The position numbers and the translations under genes are program-made. The notes below the pieces were generated by a model that had not been told where the DNA came from, searched no databases, and saw only the letters and a list, made by a program, of their open reading frames with translations. From positions 44,624-108,623 of the forward strand of contig CALSCP010002121.1 of the NCBI GenBank assembly GCA_943704425.1: a DNA stretch of 64,000 bases, read 5' to 3'. Below, piece after piece: positions 12,876 to 24,200 of the stretch; position 1 is the stretch's first letter, and each line of letters begins with the position of its first letter. Source of the stretch: Ministeria vibrans ATCC 50519 (lineage: Eukaryota; Protista; Filasterea).

Positions 12876-15471
12876 ATGTCGTCTGTCGCGGCCGGTGCTG
12901 CTGCACCTGAGAGCCCGGAGAAAGAGAGTGCCGACCGGCAGGCACCGGAGCTGAATCCCCGCACGGATGCGTGGGGACGGGCCGCACAACGGCTGAAGCG
13001 AAACCCCTTTGATTACGATGCGTGGATGCTCATCGTCGAAGAGGCCAAGGTGGGTCATGGGACGCGTGTGTGTGTGTGTGTGTGTGGCTGTGTGTGACGA
13101 TTGTTCTGTGTCTTTTGTGTGCGATTTTAAACGAACAACTTGTGTGTTTTACATTATAATATTATCAGGGATTCAGTTCGGACGTGACCACGAGCGTCAT
13201 GGAGCGTTTCATCGAACGATTTCCGTCTACAGGGCGCTTCTGGGTGCTGTACATTGAGCATGAGATGCGGCAGGGCAATGCGGTGCGCGTGGAGGAGCTG
13301 TTCAAGCGCAGCCTTGTCTCTTGCCTGTCGCTGCCTCTGTGGCGGCTCTACCTGCGCTATGTGAGCCACCACGCCTCGCACTGGCTCACCCCGCCGAGAG
13401 AGCGTCTAATCGAATTGCTGTTGTAGATTCTCGAGTCGAAGAAGGGCCAGGCAGACTACAAGGACGTCGTGACCAAAGCCTTTGAGTATGTCATGGACAC
13501 CATTGGACGCGATCTCGGCAGCATTGTCATATACAAGGAGTGGATTGCCTTTGTGAAACAGCAAGATGCGCCGGTACGACTAAACAGCCACAGATACGCA
13601 CAATATGCCCTGCCTTACTGATTTTGGAATTATATAGACACCCTATTTAGAAGGAGTGAAGATGACAACGTTGCGACAAGCATATCGACGAGCAGTGCGC
13701 GAGCCGATTATCGACGTGGAGCACCTGTACCGCGAATACGACACGTTTGAGAACAGTCTCAACAAGGCCACGGCGCGCAAGTTGCTCCAGGAAATAGCCA
13801 CGCCCTACAACAATGCGCGTGCAGCGTGTCAGCAGCGCCGCAATCTCGTGCCGGGACTCGACCGCAATCTCCCTGCTACGCCACCGTCGCACAACGAAAA
13901 GGACGTAAGCGAATTTGTTATTAACTTTAGTATTGTTTTATACTGAAACTCCCCCCTTTTTTTTTGTTCTTAGTTGCAACAGATGAGGTTGTGGCAGAAG
14001 CTGATTGACTGGGAGAAGAGCAATCCGCTCAAGCTTGAAGACAATGAAGTTCCTGCGCGCGTCGTCTTTGTCTATCGTCAAGCTCTCATGGTGCTACGTC
14101 TCTACCCCAATGTGTGGCTATCCTATTTGAATTTTCTGAGGGAGACTGAGTCACTCGCAGATCAAGTCAGTGATGTGTAAGTTTTTGATGTGATACATAT
14201 GAACAGTGCTCAGACAATCGGGTGTTGTGTTTTTTTTTTCTTCTAGGTTTGACGAGGCAATGAATGTGCTGCCGAAAAACATGCTGATTGCATTTGCATG
14301 TGCGGACTACCACGAAGAAAACAAGCGGATGGAGCGGGCGGGGGAGGTCTACACTTCGTTGCTGGAGCGACTGAGTGCACCCGACGACGATCCCACTCTC
14401 GTCTACCTGCAAATGATGCGCTTTCGATGGCGCAGCGACACCATTGAAAAGGCTCGACTGCCCTTCAAGATTGCCCGGCGCGACCCTCGTTGCTCCCACG
14501 AAGTCTACGTTGCGAGTGCGCTGATGGAGTTTCATCATTTTGCGCGCGGCCGTGAGACCAGTTCGAAGATCTTTGAGTTGGGCATGAAGAACTTTGGCGA
14601 GAGCGAGTCGTACATGCTGTCGTACTTGGAGCACCTCATGCATCTTGAGGACGACAACAACACCCGCGCAACCTTCAACCGGGTGCTCTCGTCGCTGCCC
14701 AGTGACGAGTCGCGTGCCGTCTGGGCGCTCTTTGTTGCCTTTGAGGCGCAGCACGGCACACTCGAGGCCCTGCACAACGTCATTCGCCGTCGTGACGCAG
14801 CCCTCCCTGCGGCTCTTGCCATCCCCCCCATGCACACCCTCATTGACCGCTACCGCCACGCCGACCGCTACCCTTGCTCGCCCCTCGAGCTCTCCCTCTT
14901 TGCCTACGTGCCCGATGCGTCTGCGTCCGATGCCCCTGCCATGGCCGGTGCCAGTGCGGGTGCTGGTGCGGGCGTTGCTGCGATGGGTTCCTTTGTTGAC
15001 ACCATGGCAGGAAGTGATGCTGACGATTCTGCGAGTAAAAAAAATAAGAAAAAAAGTGAGAATATATTGAGAGTTGTGTTTTTGTTTAGATGCGCTACCA
15101 AAACCGAACTTGAAGGAACTCAAAGTGTTCCAGCCGCCCGTCATTGCAGCGCCGTTTAAGCCCCAACCGGCAATTGAACAGCTGCTAGGGTAACAAAGAA
15201 GGATTCAAGAGAGAGAGAACATTGTTGAAATGGAGATTGTCATAGGATTTTGCCGGCGCCACACGCATTCCGAGGACCCTTTGTCGTTGTCGATGCGCTA
15301 ATGGAGCTGATTGTGCAAGTAGTCGATGCCGCCTCAGCAGCAGCAGCTGCTGCTGCTCCCGGTGGTGGTGGTGGTGGTGGTGGAGCTGTGCCTCCGTCGG
15401 GTGGCATCAAACGGGCGCCTGGCGAGGATCTCGATGGACCTAGGGGTTTTTCGCGACCACGTTTGCATTGA
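12876..15471 (+). CDS. CSTF3: Cleavage stimulation factor 77 kDa subunit (Rna14/Suf), HAT repeats
   Basis: NPFDYDAW, FPSTGRFWVLYIEHE, WQKLIDWEKSNPL, KIFELGMKNF, DDNNTRATFNR, FRGPFVVVDALM; all introns restore the frame. Confidence 0.93.
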
Positions 15472-15913
15472 GACGATGAACAAACTTCATTTCAGTGCGA
15501 GCATCTTTCAATGTCAACTCTCGAAAATGAAAATGAATAATCGAAAAATATAATTATTAAAGATGCCAAAAAAAAAACTGAGTATTTCTGATGAAGTTGA
15601 ACCGAACCCTAACTCCGACTGAGCTTAGTGAGCTAAGCCATATACTTCTTTGAGAGTTCTTTCTTCACTTCTTCGCTTCTCCCCCACTGGTCGCTCGCTT
15701 GGAATTTCCTTGTACTGCCCAAAATCGACCGTTAAGTCAAGGAAAGCATCGTATTATTTGTATGGCAGTTTTTTCCATCTACCTCTATAAGAGGTTGTAT
15801 TCTTCTTCTTTTTCTTCTTATTTATAATAGTTATTAAATATTCCTGTTATTATTGTACAACAGGCCAAGTAGCGAATAGAGAGCTGTAAAAGTAATAATA
15901 ATTATTGTTGTTC

Positions 15914-18698
15914 TTATCGAGAATCCAAGAGAGTATAGCGAATGAGTCGAGCAGTGCCCTTGACTATCTCACTATTCTCGCGCAGTAGCTCAGTTACACT
16001 CGCGTTTTCCTGACCATTATAACACAGCGACTGACCCACAGCTGAACAAAAATTAATGCAATGCGTGAGCTGTTTTTTGATTCAAAGTTTTTCGTGTTGA
16101 TTTACCAATAGCAATATTGTCAATGGTCATGAGTGACTCATTTGCATTGCGATCGAGTTCCCGCCAGAGACCCACAAGGGCACTGAGCAACAGAAAACGA
16201 TCCTTCGAGATAGAAGACGACACATGCGCTCTCGTGTCACTTACTGTCACACACACACGCACACAAAAAGTGTAAGTTTACTTTGTTTGTTTCTCCCTTC
16301 TTTTTCTCCTTCGGGCGGCTTTGATTTCTCTCTCTTTCTCTCTCTCTATCACTTTGTTTCTTTCTCCCTCCTCTTTCTCTCTCTATCACTTTGTTTCTTT
16401 CTCCTCTCTCTCTATCACTTTGTTTCTTTCTCCACTCTCTCTCTCTCTATCACTTTGTTTCTTTCTCCACTCTCTCTCTCTCTCTATCACTTTGTTTCTT
16501 TCTCCACTCTCTCTCTCTCTCTCTTTCTATCTCTCTCTCGTATTTGTTTATACCTGAGAGCTCTGTGTTTGCAAGACGTTTAAGAAGGGAGAGAGGAACA
16601 AGAGGAGGAGAGAGGGAGCGGAGGTAGCGAGTGACGAGAGACGCAGCGACTGTGGGCTCGAGCAAGGCAACTACGGGCGTCTCTTGTGCGGATGTGGTAG
16701 GAGTGCTAGTCATGAGTCGCGCCCATTCGCGACTGACTTGCGTGTGTGCGCCAGGAACACGGAAGAGACCCTGATGAGTTGCTACATACAAATTAAGGCC
16801 GGCGTGATTATTGTAAAAATTAAAAGTCAATATTATTATAGGGGGCGTATACGTACTGTGATGCTCATGAAGGAAACGGACAAGAGAAAAGATGGCGTGT
16901 GAGTGCGGGAGAGGGTTCAAGCTCGAGAGGGCGGGGCTACTGATCCGCTGGTCGTTGATCTTGTCAAGTGCACTTGGATCGTCGGGCGCCGTGAGCGTGT
17001 CAAGCTGATCTTCGTCGAGCGTGTCAGCAATTTCGACGGAGAAGGGGGACGGAGCGGGGTGGTCGAGGGGGCGAGGGTGATCAGTGCTGTCGCGCCAGCG
17101 GGAGACAAAAGAGTGGGTGTTAGGTGGGGTCCAGTGGTCAAGGAGGAAGTGGAAGAGGGCGAGGGAGGGACGGGAGTGAGGCGCAGGGGAGTGTGTGAGG
17201 GCTGTGAGGAGGGTGTTGGTGAAGGGCGGGTGACGAACACTAGAGGTCGAGGGTAGTGAAGGAGATGTGATTAGTGCCCGCAAGAGATGCGTGAGATGCG
17301 CCAGTGTGTGACTCGTGGGGTTGTCGAGGGAGCGGAAGTAGCCGGGAAAGTCGGAGCGGTCTACAAGTGGTGCGGTAGGATCGAGTAAAGGTGAAGGGAG
17401 TTGGTGTTGGAGGAAGTCGAGAAGGAGAGAGGCGAGGGGATGTGCAGAGGAAGGGGCTGACGGAGGGAGAAGGCGTGCGAGGAGAGCGTAATCGGAGTCA
17501 TTGACAATGTGCTTGAGATCACAAAGACTGGCCGCACCCGAGGGTACGAACGTCGAGTTGGTCGTCAAACCATCGTCCTCCCGTGTGAGTGTCTGTGAAA
17601 CTGTCTCGACAGAGGACTCGGCTGCGAGTTGTGTCAGTGCGGTACAGCAGTAGACAACCACGCGAGGACTGTAGCGGTACAGGGTGCGACCTTCTTCGCC
17701 GTGTACGAGACGCTGTTGCAGCGCGATCAGCTCGGTCAGCGTGGGCCCATGACGCCGCGATGACGTCGACGTGTCCTCTGGTGTGCCAATATTAATGTGC
17801 GTGTAGACAGTGCGCGCTTGAGCGAGATGCGATGCAAACGTGTGCACAAATGCAACCTGCTTGCGTGTCTGAAGCATCTTTTGGCGATTGAGCCGCACCA
17901 GTACGATGGATTCGGGGGCGGAGAGACGCGCCTGAAACACAAAGTAGCATGCAATGAGTAGACCGGTCCGACCCTGACCGGCATGGCAGTGCACCGCCGC
18001 TTTGCCACCGCCCTCTAGTGCCTGCGTGAGAACTTTGCACATGCGCACCATTGCCTCGAGAGTCGGCGAGTGCATGTCTCGCCACGGGAAGTTATAAAAT
18101 GCGATGCCTGCGTCTGTAAACGCCATCGGATCGTAGCTGAAGCCTGACTCGGGCAGATTACCGTCGCCACACGAAGCATGTTCCCCTTGCTCTTGCAAAT
18201 TGAAAATAGCCGTGATCCCCTGTCGCTTCATGTCGTTCACCATATCGTACTGTTGCATTTGGGAGGCTTGGGGTCGCGCCATGGCGACTAGTTGCTCCGT
18301 GATCCACGAACTATACACGCCCGCAATCGCGTTCCTGTGACCCGGAAGGCTGAACCAACGATCGACTCGAGCGTACTTGCACTTTTTGCCACGGCACACC
18401 ACCTGACAAGAAGAATGGAGGAGAGAGTATACGTGGAAGATGAAGACGAGGGCAAAAGTGAAAATCGATCGGGTGTCATGGCAACCCGAAACACGAAAAT
18501 TGCTGGCGATTGTGCTTCTCTCTCTCTTTTGCCCGTTTCTACCTGACACAACGTTGGGCCTTGGGCTACGCGCACAAGCGTGCCCGCAACAGCACTGAAT
18601 TGCGTCGACCGGCTCAATTCGACGATTCTACGTTCGTCTGTGCCATGCCGTTCGTAAATGAGATTTCGCAGTCGCTCCCTTTCGCTCAGCTGTGACAT
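15914..18698 (-). CDS. PTPDC1: PTPDC1-type dual-specificity phosphatase with C-terminal RhoGAP-like domain(s)
   Basis: CRGKKCKY, YSSWITEQLVAMARP, NLQEQGEHASCG, active site VHCHAGQGRTG; then QGLFRVPG, VAASLVTRYLRSLSPPLVP, LMTIDNIAI. Confidence 0.85.
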
Positions 18699-19226
18699 TT
18701 GAATTGCACCGGCAAACAGCGGTTCGCAGAAAAAGACGTCAATGAGATTAATGAAATTTCGGTATTTCTCGTGTTTTATTTTCGTTTTATTTGACTGTCC
18801 GGCGTCAACGAGAACGGTTTTCGAATTGGACACTGTCTTCACATGCAAGAAAAACTCGAGGACAACCGGCTACCTCAACAATCATTTGCACTCCCATGAG
18901 GATGTAGAGAAGTCTCGCGAGTTTCCGCTGTTTGCCGCGTGGCTGGAGGCGGCGAACAAAGGTGCCAAGAAACGAATGTTGGTCGATGACGACGATGTAG
19001 GTTCCTCCGCAGCTGGCTCCTCCGTCTCGGCCTTCTCCAGCACAACTACAACACCTACGCTGGTACGCAGGAGCATGTCTATTCCCCGCGGCGGACAGAC
19101 GCGCTTGTCCTTCTAGCCCTTTCGTCTGTCCGGTGTTTATTAAATATTAATCACTTTTCTTAATTTCTACCATTTAATTTATTTCTTCCCTCGTCCGTCA
19201 CCATTTCGGGCCATTCTTCGTCTTCA

Positions 19227-19284
19227 ATGCAGGTTAAGGTGTTCACTGGAAACAGCCACCCAGAGGTGAGTGAACCTTTTGCGC

Positions 19285-19323
<39 letters not shown>

Positions 19324-21079
19324 CTCGTTTCACGTTGTGTGTGGCATGCAACTCATCCGGCGCCGTGTAGCTTGCTCAACGGATCTGGACGCGTCTGGGC
19401 ATCGCCTCAGGCGCAGTGGACGTGTCAAAGTTCTCGAATGGGGAAACTTGGTGAGTGTCTTGTGGGCGGGGCTCACGTGTGTGAGTGTGTGAGTGAGAGA
19501 GAGAGAGAGTGTGTGTGTCTCATCCCAAGTCTCATTTTTTGTCTTGTCAGTGTCGAAATTAAGGAAAGCGTCCGTGGCCAAGATGTCTACATTCTTCAGA
19601 CTGGGTAAGCTGTGATTGGTCTCTTGCGGTGTGGCGTGCATTCTATTTTGTTCTGTTCGCGCCAATCTTCAGAATCTTCCGTGAATATTAATTATTATGA
19701 GAATAATTATTATNNNNNNNNNNATGCAGTACATGTTTGTTGACGCTGCCAGCTTCAACCAAGATGTTTCGTCGTGGTCCACGGCAAAACTGAGGAAAAA
19801 AAGAATCGCACTTTTTTTTTTTACCGACTGTGACATTTTGACAGATCGGGCGACGTCAACGACTACCTCATTGAGCTGCTGATTCTTATCAACGCATGCA
19901 AAATTGCCTCGGCGGAGCGCGTCACGGCCGTCATGCCGTGCTATCCGTATGCGCGACAGGACAAGAAGGGTATGGCACTGACTGTCTCTCGTTCACTCAC
20001 TCACTCACTCACTCACTCATTCATCCACTCATTCTTGCGCAGACAAGAGCCGCGCCCCTATTTCGGCAAAGCTCGTCGCCAACATGCTGACTGTGGCGGG
20101 CGCTGACCACATCATCACCATGGACCTGCATGCCTCGCAAATTCAGGGCTTCTTCGACGTGCCCGTCGACAATCTCTTTGCCGAGCCCAGCGTCATCAAG
20201 TTTATCAAAGAGGAAATTGAAGACTGGGAGAACTGCGTCATTGTGTCGCCCGATGCCGGCGGTGCCAAACGGTAGCCAACATAGTGTGTGTGTGTGTGTT
20301 TGTGTGCGTCTATCTCTCTGTCTCTCTGTCTCATTCCCTTTGTCCTTCTCTCCTTGCACCTTAGCGTTACCTCCATTGCGGATAGGCTTAACACAGACTT
20401 TGCTTTGATTCACAAGGAGCGCAAAAAGGTACACAGTAGGGGTAAAGGGAGATGTGAAAACGACATGCGATTGAAACATCATGCTTGTGTGGTCTAATTT
20501 TTTTGTGTGTGGTGTCCATAGGCCAACGAAGTGTCATCGATGGTGCTGGTAGGCGATGTGCAGGACAAAGCGGCGATCATCATTGACGACATGGCTGACA
20601 CGTGCGGGACACTGTGCTTGGCTGCTGAGAAGCTCAAAGAAGCCGGAGCAAAACAGGTAAAACACACTCTCTCCATCACATTTCGTTTCTTTCTTCCTTC
20701 TCTCTATCGCTTTGTTTTTGTTCTTCTTTCCCTTTCTCTCTCTGCATCACTTTGTACCATTTTGTTTTTTCCTTCTTTCTCTCACTTTGTTTCTTTTCCT
20801 CTCTTTCTCCTTCTCTCTGTGTGTCTCTAATCGTTATCCGTTTGTATTTAGATTGTTGCAATTGTAACGCATGGCGTGTTCTCGGGCAAGGCCATGGAGC
20901 GGCTCAACAGCTCGTGCCTCGACTTTATTGCTACCACCAACACCATTCCCCAGTCGGCCAACCAGCAGGCCTGCTCGCGTCTCCGCGTCATCGATGTTGC
21001 TCCCGTCTTTGCCGAGTCCATTAGACGCACTCACAATGGCGAGTCCGTTTCCTACCTTTTCAAACATGTTCCCCTCTAA
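19227..21079 (+). CDS. PRPS1: Ribose-phosphate pyrophosphokinase (class I PRPS), about 8 exons
   Basis: [67 protein letters not shown]; ends HVPL*. Confidence 0.95.
19724..19790 (+). other. DUF285/BspA repeat fragment inside PRPS intron 3, next to a 10-N gap
   Basis: [23 protein letters not shown] fits the MxxMFxxAxxFNQDLSxW consensus. Confidence 0.65.
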
Positions 21080-21212
21080 CAACCCAAAACCAAAACCAAA
21101 AACAAAACTATTCACTTTTTTTGACCGACTTTACTTGATACATTTATTCCAAACACTGATGCATTATTTTTTCAATTATATTTTTTCAATTTTCATTGAT
21201 TTTGTTATTCTC

Positions 21213-24200
21213 ATGAGATTGTTGACCATTCTCCTCCCGGCCATTGTCGCCTCATTGGCACTGGCCACCGGCGATGTGACGGTGCACGTCGAGGTGCCCC
21301 AGTGGCCCCACGTCCCCGTTGTGGTCGAGGCACTCGAGTCGCTTGCGATGCTTCACCCGCGATCCTTCTGGATCGCACTGCACGCTGTGCCGCGCTGGGG
21401 CGCTGTGCCCGACGCCCAGGTCATCGATCAGCTTCTTGTGGCCCACGTCGGCTCGGCATTGTCGCCTCAGGAGAGGCGCATCATGCGGATGTCGATGGAT
21501 TTGCATGCGCGTCTTCCCCAAGCAGTCGCCATGCTTCGTCTCGCCACTGCGACCCACGCAAACCTGGTGCGCGCCGCAGACATCCCTGCAAACTGTACTA
21601 CCTTTATGGTCACCCGTGGAGGCAAGTGCGCGTGCGGTGCCGACCAGATTGCGACGCTTGCCGACCAGATTGTTGCGTCGTCGTCGTCGTCGTCGTCCGA
21701 ATCCGCCGCTGACTCCGACGTGGACCTTCTCGAAATCGATCATCGTTTCGTGTGGCACACCAACCCACAACCAGGCGCCCCCGTTGTTGTGCTTTACTCG
21801 GATGTGCGTCAGTATGCGACCGTCACCGCACACGAGTCGTTGATGGCGCACGCCAAGGCCGGCCACATCCACTATGTCTTTCGTCACTTCCTCCCCAGCC
21901 ACACGCCGTCCGACACCAATTCATCACCTCCACCCCCACTACGTCTCTCTGGCTATGGCATTGAGCTCAGCATCAAAGACGTTGAATACAAGGCTGTCGA
22001 CGATTCCGCCGATGGCGATATCACTCCGACTCCCGACTCCCCTTCTTCCTCTCCCTCTGCTCTAGACACCACCCCACCCAACGAGTGGAAAGCTAATGAG
22101 AACATTCAAGGTATCTACTTTGCTCGTCTGTACCAGCGCCATCCGCACCTTGCGGATAAACTCGTGACGCTGCGTGCTCATCTTCTCGAAAAGTACGGCC
22201 TTGGATCCTCCACGAGCACACCCGCTTCTTCTTCTTCTTCGGCGCACGCTCTCCCGCCCCAAGAGGAACTCAAACCGTTCAAAATGCATCAGCTTTTTGA
22301 CATGGGCCTGCAAACCGTGGCGCGTGTCGTCGCCAACAACAAAAGCGACCCGTTGGGTGTGCTCGCCGACATTGCTCAAAACTTCCCGGCGCGCGCCCGT
22401 TCGCTTCTGTCCACTCGCGTCTCGCGCGAGCTCCGTCGTGAGGTCGACGCCAACGCCAAAATACTCTCGCAGTATGCACCTTCGTCCAGCATGGTGATGC
22501 CGCAGTCGGCATCGGGCGCGGCGGGCCAGCCCACGCTGCTCCTGGTCAACGGGCGTCCCGTTGCCGTCGACACTCTCGATCCCTTTGCCATGCTTGACAT
22601 TCTCACCGAGGAGGAGCGTCTCTTTGGCAGTCTTAACCTCCTCTCGCTTAATGACTCCACCGTGCGCCGTGCCCTCACTCTCCCGGTCTCCACTATCGCC
22701 GCCGAGCGTGCCCGTATCCAGGCAGCCGAACAGGGCGCCAGTGGCGCCGCCTCCACTACCACCCTCGCCGTCGACTACCGCGCTGCGCCCGTCCACTACG
22801 CCAACAACCTTGACAGCGACGCTATGTACCAAAAGTGGCCCCGGCAGTTGTCTGCCTTACTTCAACCCCAGCGACCGGGTACCATGCGCTTTGTCGCACG
22901 AAACGTCATTTCCGTCCTGTTAGCCCTCGATCTGTCGCGTCCCGACGACCGGCGTGCCTTTGTCCTTGCCTTTAGTATGATCGACCGTGGTCTTCCCGCA
23001 CACGTAGGATTCCTGCTGCTTGCACGCAACAACACCGCGTCCACCGCCAGCACCAACGGCGGCGACAGTGTCTACGTGACTCTGTTCCAGGCGTACGCCA
23101 GTGTGCGTGACTCGTACGACTCACAACATGCTCTGCGCTGGCTCCACGAGCTTCTCGAACGACTGCTGAAGCCCTCGGACCTGCCACCCGCCATGTCTCG
23201 TGGAAAAAAGCCCGTGGCACACATCACGTCGGGCACGCTGACCCTCGAGCACATTGAGGATGCGTATGCCTCGGCCGGCTTCGATCGTACGCAGTTCCGT
23301 AACATGATTGGCCCCGACTGCGAGTACGAGCACACGCGCTTGGCCATGCTTGACGCAGCGTCCAACTTGGGTATTGACGACCCGTCTGCACCCGTGATCC
23401 TCGTCAACGGCGTTGAGTTGCAACTCGCCTCGTCGCACGCGCCCAACGGAGTACAGTCGCTGGAGTACGCTCTTGTCGACGAGTACCACCGTCAGATGCC
23501 CATGATCCAACAGGCGCTCTACTACGGCACGCTTGTCGACAGCGGCTCGTCGCTCAATCTCCTTCACTGGTGGTTTGCCAAGCATGGAGCCGTCTCTCGC
23601 CGCAACCCATACCTCATTCCTTCCGCATCCAACCCGGCCGTGCGTGTCCCTCTGCCTCTGCGCATCCCCAATCTCCCCCTCTCGCGTGAAGACGACGCCC
23701 GTGCCACCTGGGACTACATCACCAAACCCACCGATGTTGCCACCGAAGTGATCGTCTCCCTTCCGTACTATGCCTCTCCGATCCCGCGCGCCTCTACCAA
23801 GGCCAAGCAGCCCAAAAACAACGCCGCCTCTAACAGCGATTCGTCGTCGTCGTCGTCGTCGTCCAAAAACAAAAAGAAGAAGAGCAAGAAGAACAAAAAG
23901 GCGCGTGTGTTGCCCACTGTGGCCAACGTGACCCATTGGATTGTCGCAGACGTGTGCAGTGGCGAAGCACACCTGTCCCTGGTGGATACGGTGCTCAAGA
24001 GACTGCAAGCGAGTGACGTTGACGACACAGCGGCGCTTGGTGTGCGTGTGGGACTTATTCACAGCGGTGAGTATCCTCCCTGTCCACTTGCCGCTGCCCT
24101 CGTGTCTCTCCCCGAGCTCAGCCCTCAGACACCGCGCGACTCCCTCATTGCTTGTGCGCGTGTGCTCACTGGTACACCTGAACTGGTCCTTTTATCCGAT

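Noticed and set aside
20871-21212. ORF-track N-terminal extension implying a PRPS-UGGT overlap or fusion
   Set aside because: PRPS ends normally at HVPL* in another frame, and UGGT has its own signal-peptide ATG at 21213.
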